Shown here in pieces: positions 13,101 through 25,610 of a stretch of 64,000 nt of DNA. The notes beneath the pieces are model-generated. The model had not been told where the DNA came from. It made no database searches and worked only from the letters and a program-made list of their open reading frames with translations. This stretch comes from Geosiphon pyriformis uo1 (taxonomy: Eukaryota > Fungi > Glomeromycota). The DNA is taken from the NCBI GenBank assembly GCA_016748015.1, contig JAAOMT010000484.1, positions 257,443 through 321,442 of the forward strand, read 5' to 3'. How positions within the stretch are numbered: the first letter of the stretch is position 1; every line of letters starts with the position of its first letter. The position numbers were made by a program, and so were the translations under genes.

Positions 13101-13300
13101 TTAATTTCTTTGTTGATCTCAGTAATAATGGAGGCAAAATTGTGATTTGTTGGTAGATTGGTATTTTGAATTAATTCTTTGTAGAAAGTTTCTCTGGCTG
13201 ATTTAGTATTTACTGGTGTTCCTAACAAAGAGGAAATCTTTTCATTGACGTAGAAATTAAAGGCTGATTTGGCAGATATATGATTGTGGTTTAATCTCAA
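7185..13300 (-). pseudogene. Gypsy gag-pol (Gag, CCHC knuckle, aspartic protease, Cys-rich region, dUTPase, RT, RNase H)
   Basis: Gag MAYVPIAKLDNF...FKVEFLKYF; knuckle CHYCGKQGH; protease LILDSGSAGS; RT FCVDYRKLN, LDLDSGYWQV, FGLTNTPATFQ, YLDN; RH EVYTDHKGL...KGKDNGNTDSLLR. ORF fragments fall in only two frames, with the shift near 10400-10900. Confidence 0.93.
9015..9416 (-). pseudogene. dUTPase domain inside Gypsy pol (between protease and RT)
   Basis: All five dUTPase motifs are recognisable though mutated: DA(E)FDL, (Q)SSLA, GIIDRGY, KIAQ.IF, R...GFGST. Confidence 0.88.
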
Positions 13301-13418
13301 GTGTTGACAATAGTGTTAAAATAGGAATTTTGTGAATCCTAAATGGTTTGCTTCTATGTTTTCTGATTATGCCACTTTTGAATGGTGTTTGTTAATGCTG
13401 ATTTTTTGTAAGATTATA

Positions 13419-13435
13419 CCTTACAGAAAGCACCA
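13419..13435 (-). promoter_or_regulatory. Primer-binding site (TGGTGCTTTCTGTAAGG), possibly for elongator tRNA-Met
   Basis: TGG starts 2 nt inside the 5' LTR. The complement CCT(T/C)AC-AGAAAGC-A-CCA has the shape of a tRNA 3' end. The tRNA identity is inferred from resemblance to eukaryotic Met-e ends. Confidence 0.75.
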
Positions 13436-13437
13436 AA

Positions 13438-14312
13438 TGTTACAGGTGACAATTTTTGGTGTTGAATTAAATACGAACCCATAACTTGGTGCTCAAAGCT
13501 ATTCTCGTTGTTGATGATCTGAAGGTTTGGTATCTGAAAATTTTGTATCTGAAAGGTTTGGTTGAGTTCTTTGTATAATGGACAGAGATTCAATGGTGAT
13601 AGTTTTATTCATAGCTTCCTGAAACTGCAGTTTTGTCAATTTCTTTCTCAGCTTGATGGCTGGTATTCTTCCTAGTAAGCTATTCTTAATTGAGTGTTCT
13701 ACCCTTATTTCTGGGTCTTTTACCAGTTACGTTTATCTTGATGTCTGTGTCCTGCGCATTAATCTTCAATAGAGTTAATAAACAACAATAAAATCAAAGC
13801 AAGAAAATAAAGAAAATAAAATAAAATAAAGAAAGAAAAGAAATAAGCCAAAACAATTTACAAGTTAGTATTTCATCAATAGCTGTGATCAAAAGCTATT
13901 GTTTTAGTGTGATTAAGTATCAATTACTATCAACATGAAGTGTTGATAGTGGAAATGGGTTTAAGATAACAAATAGTTATTTATTAGATGCTTGTGGTTT
14001 GAAGAGTTGCTTCGATTAAATCTAAACTAAGAGGTCTGTTTTTTCAGTTTCTAATCCTGCTGCTATATATACATAATTGAGATTCCTCAATTCCTCAATT
14101 TTTTATGAGAAATCCTGGAATTCCTGGAATCCTGCGATTTCTTTGAGAGGAATCCTGGAATTCTGGAATCCTGCGATTCCTTGTCAGGGAATCCTGAAAT
14201 TTCTGGAATCCTGCAATTCCTGAGAGGAATCCTGGAATTCCACATTTACTATGCCTACTTCTGATTGGCTAATAATCATGCTAATATATTTTTTATATTT
14301 CTATAAGTAATA
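13438..14312 (-). repeat. 5' LTR
   Basis: Direct repeat of 4184-5055; terminal GTAACA mutated to GTAATA; adjacent to the PBS. Confidence 0.96.
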
Positions 14313-15484
14313 GTGGTGAATATTTTGGTAAACATCAATCTTAAGAAATCAACTGGTTATTCAGATTAGGCTGTAGTGATTAAGGAAATTCCAATTGAAA
14401 CATTGACTGAGGCTGTACATGCTGCACTATCTGAGTTTGGAATAATTAAGTCGATCAAGATGCAATTGGTGGGGCTGTGGCAAAAAGCTTTAGTAGAATT
14501 TGAGCAATTAGATCATGCTGATTTGATTGCAGCTGAGTGGTCTATCTTAATTGAGAAAGATGCCATGTGTATTGTCAGGGCTGATTTAGACAAAAAAATA
14601 TAAGATACAAGAAATTGTCATAAGGTGCTGCTTTATATACTACCAATAGGAACTAATACTTATAATATCTGGGATTTTGTTTGATCTGTGAGTGGGAAGA
14701 CTTGCATTATCAATTACCATCCAGTTATATATGCTTGGATCAGGTGTGCTGTTGTTTGTTTCAATTTTGCTAAATCATTGGATGCTGTCTTGAAAACTAC
14801 ACCAATGCTCAGAAGCACTAATTTACATTGGTCTAGTCTTGTTTCTGCCAGATGTGCCAAGTGTAAGAAGTTGGGTTACATATTATTAAGTTGTGCTAAG
14901 AATGGAAAGATTTCTTCTGGTGGTTCACTGTATAGGTTGCTTTCAGATGCTGATAAAAGCAGGCTGGCTGCAATATATGCCAAATGATCTGCTTTTGTTA
15001 TTCATCCCATTTTTTTTGATGACCTCTTTTGGGTAAAGATTGCAAGTAGGTCTTCTTTTTTTTTTCTTTCTGGCTGAGTTGTTTTAGTAAATATTGGCTC
15101 TTCCTCAGAGATAAAGTCATTCTTATTGCTTGTAAATAAAATCAATGATAGGTTTGCCACTCTTAAGCACAGTTTTGCCAGTCTTGCAAAGCATGTTGAT
15201 ATGCTGGCTAAGAGATTGAAAACATCTGAGCCAATGGTTTTCCAGCTTAGCCTTAGATGTTAGCCATTGGTAATCCCTTCATTACAGAATCAAGAGGCAA
15301 ATATAGTGATAAGCAAGGATTCAAATGTGGCCACTGGTGGTGGAACTGTTGCGAAAGCAGTGGTTTTCAATTTTTCTGTTATTGAGAAAATAGAAGACAC
15401 TTTAAAAAATCTTACAATTACAGTTATGGGTCTTTTGGCCAAAATAGACAATGCTAGTTTGGTTTCTGCTGCTTTTTTCTCTCA

Positions 15485-18400
15485 ATGACAGAGTTGGTAT
15501 GAAAGTTTGCTACGTGTAATGTTTGGGGTATCAATGTTCCTGCCAAGCAAAAAGATATTGTTCATTGGCACATAGAATCTGAAAATATGGTTTTTATTGT
15601 TATGAAAACCAAATTAAGATCTAATATTAGATCTTGGATCACAAATAAGTTTAATGGAGTTTGTATTTTCACTTCTGGTTTAGGTGTTGGTTTTTTTGGT
15701 GCTGAGATTGCCATTATTATGAACAGTTCTTTGGCTTGGCATGTTTCAAAGGTGGACAAAATTCCTGGTTGGCTGATCTCTGTTCATCTCTTGTTTAAAG
15801 ACAAGTTTTCAGTTATAATCTTGGGCCTGTATGCTAGAGCTTCTGTTAATATATGTTTTAGCCAAGCTTTTTCTATCAACTCTTTGATCTCTAAAGCAGC
15901 CAATTTTAGCTCATTTACAGTCGTTGGTGGTAACTTTAATGAAAATGAATCTAAAAAAAGTGCTAGCTTCAAGTTTTGTTCAGACCTGAATTTGGTCAAT
16001 ACTTTTAATGGACATTCCTTAGCCAAAACTCCTACTTGGAGTAATTCTAGAGGTGTTGAAAAGATATTAGATTTTATTTTTGTGAGTAAGAACCTTACTT
16101 TTATTATTACATTGCATAAAATTGATGACATGTCAGGATTTTTTGATATGGATTATAAAGCAATTTCAGTTGTGGTTGGTTTGGGAGGACTCTTGGATGC
16201 TTGTCTTAATAGTGTTCACAAACAAGCCAATTAAGACCAGTGAAAATTCAAGATAGAACATGCTAATAAGGTCCTTTGGTTACATTTTAAAGAATAAATT
16301 TCTACTAAGTTGGTAACAAAGTCAAATGTATTTGAGAGTGCAAAATATAATGGTAATTTGGATGCAATGTAGGTGGTGCTGAAAGATGTCATGATATAAG
16401 CTGCTGATGTGGTGTTCTCTAAACATTGATATAGTGTATTTAATTGTTTGAAAAACAAACAATCTTCGAAGTTTTTCAAATTGGAGCTGCTAATCACAAA
16501 AATTGTTAAAGCCTGGGTTTCTGGAGATCTTGTAGATTTTGACTATTTCATCAGAGTCTGGTTAAAAATTGATGAAGTAGAGATCTCTAAAACTGCTAAC
16601 ATGTTTCTGGTTAGTGTGAGTTTGATAGAAGTTGTCAAGCATTTGTCTATGGTAAAGAAGAGATATCGGAAGTCTAAGTACTTTGAGTCGAAAGCATCTA
16701 AGAATGCAGCCATTAAGAAAGCAATTGACTGGCACATGGACAATTTCTGTTCTGATAAGAGACTTATAATTAAGAGTATCCTTGATTGTCCATTTTGCAA
16801 GATTGTTTTGGATTACTTGGTAGTTGATGATGAGTTGGTGGTTAAGCCTGATAAGGTAAAACTTAAAGTAAATGAAATTATGGAAAGATGGACAAGAAAA
16901 CAGACAGTTCTTCCAAAGATGTCTGTTCTTTGGTCTTGTCAATATATGCTTTTGGACCATATTCCTGATAATGCTTTTTCTGGTGTGATAAAAGAAATTA
17001 ATATGAATGAGTTGCTTTTGTGTGTTAATAACTTGTCAAATAATAAGGCTGCTAGATTATCAGGAATTCCTAATGAACTTTGAAGGTACTGTGGTGATGA
17101 GATGTTATCTTGTCTCTTAAAGCTGCTGAATTTGTGTTTAATTTTGAGGGTGGTTTTGATTCCTTGGAGAAGAACATGGGTTTTGATAATCCCTAAACCT
17201 TATAAATAAAATGGTGTCCTAACCAATACTAGGCTTATTGCTCTGATCAAAACTGCTTGGAAGATTTTGTTTAAAATTCTTTCTGATCAGATTTCTTTGG
17301 CATGCAGCAGATTTAATGTTCTTCATGGGAACAATTTTTTGGTGTTAAAAGATACTTCTACTCAATCTCCAATTTTTGCTGTTGGATCAGTCATGAAAGA
17401 TGCTTTGGAAAAGAATAGGAAACTTTGGTTGGTTTTGCAAGACATATGCAAAAGCTTATGACTCTGTAGGCTGGCATCATTTAAAGGCTAGTCTGTATTG
17501 TGTCAAGATATGCAGTTAGTTTATTGATTTTTTTGGTGGAATTCATGAGGATTGTATCAACAGAGTGATAACAGATTTTGGTCTTTCAGATGGTTATATA
17601 GTACATGATGGTTTGGATCAGGATAAAGTTTTCTCTCCTTTCCTGTGATGGATATTCTATGACTCTCTTTTGTGTGAGATTAAAAGACATAAGCACTTGT
17701 ATAGCTATTATATTGATACAAAATTTGTGGCCGAAACTGGCCATGTTGAGTTTGTTGGAGAAAAGACTTCCTTTTTGGCTGCTGGTGCCTTTGTTGATGA
17801 CACAATCTGAGTTGGGAGCTGTCAGGCTTTTACACAAACTATTTTGGATATTACTAGCAGGTTTTTTGTTGTTAATGACATTTCTATTAATAATGATAAG
17901 ACAGTGACTATCCCAATCAATCAAGGTGTCAAGACTGTCTTACTTTTGATCAATAGTTTGCCAATCTTAATTACTAAACAAGGTAAATTACACAGGTACT
18001 TGGGTATTTTTTTGTCCACAAAGGGTCTCTCCAAGTCTAATTTGGCTTAGGCTCATATAAATGTTAGGTTTTTTTCAAATGTAGTGCTCAAAAAGACTAT
18101 TATAGACAAACAATTCTCGTACTTGGTCTCAGTTGTTCTTCAGCCTATAGTTAATTATTGGATACAGTTTAGTTATGTTTTACCAAGTGTGTGTCACAAG
18201 TGAGATGTTATGGTTAAGAAGGGTCTCAGATCTAAGGCTGGGTTACCAAGAAATTTTCTGAATAAGACTTTATATCACCCTTCTTTGTATAGTTTAAAAC
18301 CATTCAAGCAAGTGCAATCTGAGAGAAAGTTGGCTTCATTGGTCTTCTTTTTCAATGCCTATGGCATTTTTGGGCATTTATTTGAACATAGATTTTTGGA

Positions 18401-20171
18401 TTTACAAGTTCTGGGGTGGTTACCTCTGAATTCTTTGCAGCATTCTGTTAGGTTGAGAGTTAGTCTAGTGAATAATTTTCTAGCTGGTGTGGTGAAGATC
18501 TTATTAGAAAATGAGTTATCTTTAATAAACAATTTGCCCAGTGCTTTTCGTGGTTCTGGCAGGTTCTTAATGTCTGACATTCTGGGTCATTCTTTATTTT
18601 ATAATTCTGTCTTTTCTTTGAGATGATTTGGTGTTACTTTTAATAGTAGGCTTCTGGACAAAAAAGAAAGGATGTTAGACTGGAAAACATTTCAGCAGTG
18701 AAAAAAATTGGACCCAAGGAGCCCAGTACCTTATTGGTTTACATTGGCAGCTGATTTTATGAACAAGTGTGCTTCTGAGGGAGTTATGTCTGCCATTAAT
18801 CATGTACCACTAGTGCTGAATGTCTTGAATTCTGAGGCTTTTGCTTGTGTTTATGAAGATTTTTTGGAAGTTTGGTCAAATTGTATTGAAGTTTACACAA
18901 ATAGATTCTTAAAAGGTGCTGATTCAGCTGAAATAGCAAGTGGTATGGCTGCCTATTTCTCAGCTATAGACATGGGTATTGGGATCAGAGTCCAAGAACT
19001 TTTGTTATCTACTTTGGCTGAGTTACAAGCCATTGCTTTGGTCTTAGAGTGCATTCCCTCTTTCTGTTCTGTGGTTCTGTATTCAGACAGCCAATCTACA
19101 ATTGATGTTTGTGTTTCAGAGTCTCTGGTTATGGCACCAGACTTCCATAATTGATGCTGGATTGAACAATCACATATTGTTGATCTTATCAAGAAAAAAA
19201 ACATTTTAGTTAGGTGGATAAAGATTAAAGAGCATTTAGGAGTTTTAAGCAATGTTAGAGCTGATAAGTTGGCTGGAAAAGCCACTTTCTTTCCATTTTC
19301 TCTACCTGTTGGAATTCAAGAACGTTTTTTGGTTGCTGAGGATACTGCTGTGTCAGGCAATACTTATTATTTTGTTCATGATCTTTTTCAGTCAATTTGT
19401 CATGCTTATTGGAAGGCTGGTCCTGGTTATGATATTGTTCTAAGTGCCATAATTAGGGAGATAAGTTGGGCAGCTACTTTAAAGCATCTTGACTCTCATA
19501 TACTCTCCAGTTTTACTAGCAAGAGCTCAGCCAACATGCACACTTATTTGATAAAAGCTGTTCATAGACAGTTGTCTGTGGCTGTTAAAAAAAGATTATA
19601 CAATGTAAATTATCCTGGGGTGCTGTGCTTGCTGTATGGAGAGGTGGAGGTGTTCGACCATACTTTTGTTTGCTCTGGTAATGTTAGACTCTGTGATGAT
19701 ATTTTGGCTAATGTTACTAAGAAGTAGTTGTCTTTAATGGGTTCTTTCTGCTCACTTATGTCAGTTGTTTTGTGCTTGCTTTCAGCATATTCTTCAGACA
19801 TAGGTCTGTTTACTGTTGTGTGCAAGAATTTTGTGTTGAGAAATTGGTATGCTGAAGCTGCTTTGGCTTTTGAGGAAAAGAGAAAGACTGCATTGACTAT
19901 TGCTAAATTTGTTAAGTTTGTGGTCAAATTGTTTCATACTAAGGTGTGGCTTGTCAGATTCAAGCATAGGGTGAATATGGAGAGAGCTGGCTTGGTCAAG
20001 AATGGTAGCATGGTCTTGGGTCTGTCTTATTGTTTGGTATCTAATTTGTCAGATGGAGTAGTTCATTTGCTTGGTGTTATTGAGTTTTATACTGTCAATT
20101 TTGGCAGACACAGGCTGTGTTATTTCTTTTCTGGTTTGAGTGATGATGCTTCTGTTTACATAGATGTATAG
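15485..20171 (+). pseudogene. LINE ORF2 pseudogene (AP endonuclease, reverse transcriptase, RNase H, zinc knuckle)
   Basis: Endonuclease: KFATCNV.GIN, VGGNFN, TPTWSNSRG..KILDFIF. RT: PKP..GVLTNTR.IAL, QDI.KAYDSV, GLDQ, AFVDD. RNase H: EVYT(D), STLAELQAI, YSDSQ, W.KIK.H.G...N.RAD.LA. Zinc knuckle CLL.GEVE.FDH.F.C. Many stops and frameshifts. Confidence 0.9.
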
Positions 20172-20320
20172 TGTAGTTTTGTCTGACTTGAATGGCTGGC
20201 CACATGTAGTAAGTGCGTAAGCTGTATTTAGTTCATTCTACTTAGTTTGGTTCTATGTACTAGATAGCAGTTGGGCTTTACTCATTAATTGCATAATAAA
20301 AAAAAATAGTCTAGTATAAA

Positions 20321-20442
20321 CTGACTTGAATAATTGATTACATATAGTAAATACATAAATCATATTTAGTATTAGACATTTAGTTTGTTTTGTATTTCTA
20401 AATAATAGTTGGGCCATGTTTATTAAACATATAATAAAAAAA
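20321..20442 (+). mobile_element. 3' tail and poly(A) of the HAL1-like element starting at ~1440
   Basis: Degenerate copy of the shared tail motif directly after the LINE TSD. The context TAG-TATAG..TAAA(C/T)TG matches 49087-49105. Confidence 0.8.
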
Positions 20443-22000
20443 ATTACAAATTATTATTATTATACAAATGCTAAAAATTAAATAATATAAAAAATAAATT
20501 ATTAAATTTGAAATTTTTAATTAAAAATTTTTATATTAAGTTTACATAAATTAATAAATTTAAAAAGTATATTGTAATTGAATTTTATATAAGTTTTTAT
20601 AATATAAATGTTTTTTTAAGATCATAAGAACATAAATAAAATTAGTTAAAAAACTATTTTTTTTGTTTTAAATTAAAAACTCATATATAAATTTATTTTA
20701 ATAAAAATTATTCACAAAATATACTCTTTTTTTATTACAAAGTACTTAAATTTGTAATTTACATATGTTATAATCTAACAGAATATTTAATTAACTAAAT
20801 TAAAATATTGTATTTGATTTTTTAGATAATTAATTTCTAATATTATATGTTTAATAAATAATTTAAAATAGTTTAAAGTAAAGAATAATATTTTCTAAAA
20901 TAATAATAATAATAAATTTTTAAATTTCTTAAACTATTATTATTTAAAATTACAAAAAAGATATAAAAGTTTTATATATATCAAAATAATTTTAGAAATT
21001 TAAGTTGGTAAAATTTTTTAAAATTTATTTAATTTCTTTTATTAAAATTAATATTATTTTTTTAATTATATTTTTTAATAATAAACTTATAAAATACATT
21101 ATAATTATAAAAAATTATCATAAATAATAAATATATAGTATAATTTTGCAAATATTTAAAGTTTATTGTATTTTTTTTTATTTTTTTATTTTTTTATTAA
21201 GTTTTATTATAAGCATAAAAATTATAATAATTAATTTTATTATTTGGTTTTATGTTTAAATAGAATATTTATTAATTAAATTATAAAAAATAAATAAATT
21301 AAATTATATACAAAATATAAATTTTTAAAATAAAATTAATAAAACATTATATATTTAATTTTTGAAAAATTACTTAAATTTTTGATAAAAAATAATAGTG
21401 TTTTATTTTTACATAATTTTTTATAAAAAATATAAAAAAACATTAAAACAAAAATATTATACATAATAAATATATATTAACCAAATAAATTAATTGGTTT
21501 TAATATATTAAACAAATTATAATTAAATAAACTTTATATTTATATGCTTGAAACTTAAATTAGTTAATAATAAATTTTTAAATTTTTAAATAAATTTAAA
21601 ATAAATATCTAATTTTAATTATTATATATAATAAAAAATACTATAATAATCTAATATCTAAAGTCAAATTATTATGAATTTTGTTATTATTGTAAATATT
21701 TTAATAAACTTTTTAATATTATATAATTTAATTATAGCATTTTATTGTATTTGTAAATTATATAAATTGGTTATTAATAAAATAAAATTATAAAAAATTT
21801 GGTTAAATAATAATTAAATAATTTAATATTAATATATAAAACAATGATATATGTTAATTAATAATAAAATTTAAGAAATAATTTTATAATAATGTTTAAA
21901 TTAAATTTTAATTAATATTTGTTTTGTTTTTATTATATAATATCTTATAAATAAGAATAAATATAATAACAACAAATGATGATAATAATAATTCTTTTTA
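20443..22000. repeat. Extremely AT-rich decayed repeat DNA
   Basis: For example, 21181-21240 has 3 G/C in 60 nt; no recognisable ORF. Confidence 0.6.
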
Positions 22001-22261
22001 TTTTTATTAAATATTCTAAAAAATAAAATCTTTATTTAAACCATTAATGCTCAATTTATCATTATAATTGGTTGAATAAATTTATAAATTCTGACTAGAA
22101 AACCTTTTATCCACTAAGTTAAATAATGGATGAAACAATCCCGGAAGTTTCTCCTTCAGCTTATTTTTAATTTTCTACTCTGGTTGATTGGCATGATAGA
22201 GTCTTAACTGTTTTGACTTTTTTGCTACTAGATAACAGATAAATTTGTGTGTTATCGTTGA

Positions 22262-25212
22262 TTATAAGGCAATCGCTTTTTCTACCATTTTTTTATTAGT
22301 ACCAATGGGGAATTCATCCTTTAATGACTCCCCAAGTATAATTGTATCCTCAACTCCCAATCCTTCAATTTGGCGAATAAGCAATTCGCTTAATTTTTTT
22401 TCTTGATCGAGATTTGTATCTTCGCTTTCACCAATTAATTCCAATAGTGAAGTTTGAGAAGAAAAATTTACTGTGCCTTCAGTCACCAAGTTTGATCCTT
22501 GCCCTTCGCCATCACTTGCTTCTCCAAGGATATAATAAGGATTACCAAGGTCCTCATCATCTCCTTTATTTTCTAGAATTAATCTGCTTGCAGATAAATG
22601 ATCCGCCGGAACAAATTTCTCTTTCCATATACTTCCTGCTTGTATTGCTGAAGCCAAATTAATATGTAGAGACTGGCAAGTTCGCAAATTACCCAAGTTT
22701 CAAGTATAGAAAAGCCAACATTAAGTAATTGACAATTTGTAACTTCACACGAAAAAATTATGATTTCAAAATTTAATCACCTTAGTATCATTGGTGTACT
22801 CTTCTGGTTCTCTTACAAAAATATTGCGATCTCCAGCATTATCTAAAATATTTGAATCACAATTCCTTGGTTCTTGAAGGGATATAGTGGAATTTATATC
22901 CTCAAGAAATTTTACAGGATTTACAAACCCAAGTGGTGGACTTTTGCTCGGAAATAATTCAATTTCATGAGCAAAGTGTGGCTGTTGTTTGAGAGGTGAA
23001 GTGACAATAATAGCCGATTTATTTCTCCTTTTTTTAGGATCTTTCTTTGTCTTCTGTTCGGCAGCCAGCTTCTCTGAATACGATTGTCTCTTTGATAAAG
23101 AAGAATTCTCTGGTGGAGGTTTGAATTGTTTCATTTCCACCTGAGTTGAGCGTTTATATGGACTAAAATGTCGATGGCAATTACTTTTTATGCTCAGTGT
23201 ACTTCGCTTAATTTCTGTCGACCGAATGTTTCCCTTATAAACAGGCTCCAAACGGAATTTTATTTTATTTCTACCAGTTTTAACTTCTGTTAGTGGCTTG
23301 ATATCAACCATAGACGGATCAGTTTCGCCTGGAGAAGGAGATGCACAGGTACTGTTGAGAAAATTTTCCGTTGTTGTGTTTTCGAGTGTGCTTTTTGTAT
23401 CGTTACTATTAGAGGAAGGGGTATTGACAGTCTTTTGGCCCAAAGGAACCCCAAGAGCTGTAGGCCTCGTCTTGGTATTTTGGGAGGCTGGTACACTCAT
23501 TGAACGTGATTTCATCAGCTTTGGAGTACCTAAGTTTGAATTAGAGACTATCACTTTATTACCGTTTTCCTCGTGGCCTGTGCGTGATTGATGACCAGGC
23601 GGAGGGTCTTTGGATTTATCCTCAAAATCAACAACCGATTCTTTGAGCTTGATTCGTTGAGCACCACCTTCATATACCGACATGTTTGATCGATTTTAAA
23701 TTCCAGCTTGCTGATAAAAGACATATCTATTTGGAAATGAAAATAATCAACATTTACCTATCAAACTTCCCAAGGGTCCAGTTTGTTTGGATCCGGAGCT
23801 AGGGATAGTTTGAGTGCGTGATGGCTTATTCACTATCCGTTTGGCTGTGGTCGAAAGAGTTGAAACAGTGTTTACGCGTTGGGCAGAGGAAAACTTGGGC
23901 TGTTTGAGAGCAACAAAACCCGTGCTCGTCGAGTGGGAGTTTCCTGATTTGGTCTCATCAAATGGAACAACAAAGGCTGTGCTTTTTCCGGAGTAAATCT
24001 CTAAAGTCGGTGGTTTCTGAGGCTGTGCAGCTTCTAATAACTTTTCTTTTGTTGGAGGAAGCCTTATATCTATATTCCACTGACTAGAAGCCCGCAGAGG
24101 GGATTTCTCAGTCTCAGCGATGACTCGGGATGAATTTTTTTCTGGTATTTTCTTTGTAGAAATTCCAATTCTTTCATCTAATGGTGCGAATCCTCTGCCA
24201 ACCGGTGTAGAATTCAATTTACGAATAGGGGGGCGTGATACTTTTATTGGTTGCTTTTCTTTAATCCCGAGGTACTTTTTAGCAGTAGCGTCCAAGGTAT
24301 CTATAAAACTAGGAAAATTTTTTAAAATAATGGAAACTTGTCGAAATGAAGTTCATTTAACTTACTCATGAAACCTCAAATCAAATTTCAATTTGTAAAC
24401 TTCAAAAATCTTCTTTGAAATTGTCCTGACTGCTGCTATCGAATCAACAGCACTATGTCTTATTGCCCATTCCAAATCCATTCTGTAGTCGGCCAATGCC
24501 CCAACGTCATTAACCTCTAAACTAATAAGGATAAACTCGGCGGCACAAGTTCTCATGCCTTTACTTTGATCTTGTAAGGATTCTTTGAATTTGGGAATGA
24601 GACCGGGCATCTTACATTCTCGAATAATGGTGGTCACACATTTCTGAGCACGCGTTATGAAGACCTTGTTACTACGTGCACATAATTTTAAGACAGATGG
24701 AATAAAAATTTCTGCCAAAGATTCAAATTTTGACCCTAAACATCGGCCAAGCTCTTCAACGAGTTCACATGCCGCTCCCGATAAACGCGTGCGTTCTGTT
24801 GCTATCTATTTTAATAATCTCCGAAAATTTAGAGCGAATTATTCATTTATGGTTGCTATTAAGAAATTTATTCAGAATTTTTACCGAGTTAAGTATGGGT
24901 TGTCTCAATATTTTAATGCCCGCAAAAAACGATTGTTCAAAAGTGAAAGCTCCGTTGTGGATGATGAAAGCTAAACGTTTTAGCTCAGCCTCAAATAATT
25001 GCCAAGTGTGCTCAGTTTCTTTTTCCTGGAACACGTCAACAATTTCTTTTATTACAGCATCAAGTTGGGCGGCGCTTTCAACCTTCAAAAGTTCCGAACG
25101 TATTCCGAGATTTTTTGAACAATAGAGAACTTGTAGAGGTCAGCAAGTATTTTTTATGAAAGCTTTCAATGCAAAATGTTGAAAATACCTTGTTGCAGAA
25201 CTTTTCAGACAT
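22262..25212 (-). CDS. STU1: CLASP/Stu1 family microtubule-associated protein (multi-exon)
   Basis: CLASP_N domain: ETEHTWQ..., IATERTRLSGAACELV, LLKLC-like VLKLCARSNKVF, DQSKGMRTCAAE, DSIAAVRTISK. It is followed by a long S/T/K-rich disordered tail. GT-AG introns; some exon borders approximate. Confidence 0.82.
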
Positions 25213-25610
25213 CTCGAACTACGAATTTGGTGAGAATGGCGCTTTGAAAGGGAGGGCAAAAGGCAAGCCAATTTAACATATAATTGTCTCGCACTCAGTG
25301 GCCTAATATTGTAACAATGAATTCGGGATCGGATTAGTGATCAGTAAATAAAATGATGCATTTCATTAATAATACTAACTTGATTAGTGGTTTATCTCAC
25401 ATGTTCTGGAATATTTACGGATAAATTAGCAAGTAAGCCGGTTTGCGTAATATTCAGTTTCTATATAAACTTGCTGTCTCGGAGTAAAAAAGTGAAATTA
25501 AATTCATCCAACATAAAGCCTGGAACATATAATTTCTCGCTTCATTTAATTAGCAAAGTTAGCGAAAATCTTGAATCTATTAGCTTAAAACTCGATATTA
25601 ATAAAAAGTA

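Larger units (their letters stand above)
4184..14312 (-). mobile_element. Full-length Ty3/Gypsy LTR retrotransposon (about 10.1 kb), inactivated by point mutations
   Basis: Paired ~873-bp LTRs bounded by TGTTAC...GTAA(C/T)A, 4-bp TSD GTGG (4180-4183, 14313-14316), PBS, PPT, and domain order gag-PR-dUTPase-RT-RH then IN. Confidence 0.96.
3418..20306 (+). mobile_element. Near full-length LINE (ORF1 RRM+CCHC; ORF2 APE-RT-RNase H-CCHC), interrupted by the Gypsy element; inactive
   Basis: ORF1 remnants at 3482-4183 and 14313-15488, ORF2 at 15485-20171, 3' tail with poly(A) ending 20306. 14-bp TSD TAGT(A/C)TAGTATAAA at 3404-3417 and 20307-20320. Confidence 0.9.

Noticed and set aside
20172-20306. 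Hammerhead or HDV ribozyme in the LINE tail
   Set aside because: No CUGANGA/GAAA core or HDV pseudoknot could be placed; simple hairpins suffice.
20443-22000. Centromere or organellar/endobacterial insert
   Set aside because: No organellar or bacterial genes. Similar AT deserts elsewhere in the window resolve to decayed transposons, and genes are interspersed throughout.
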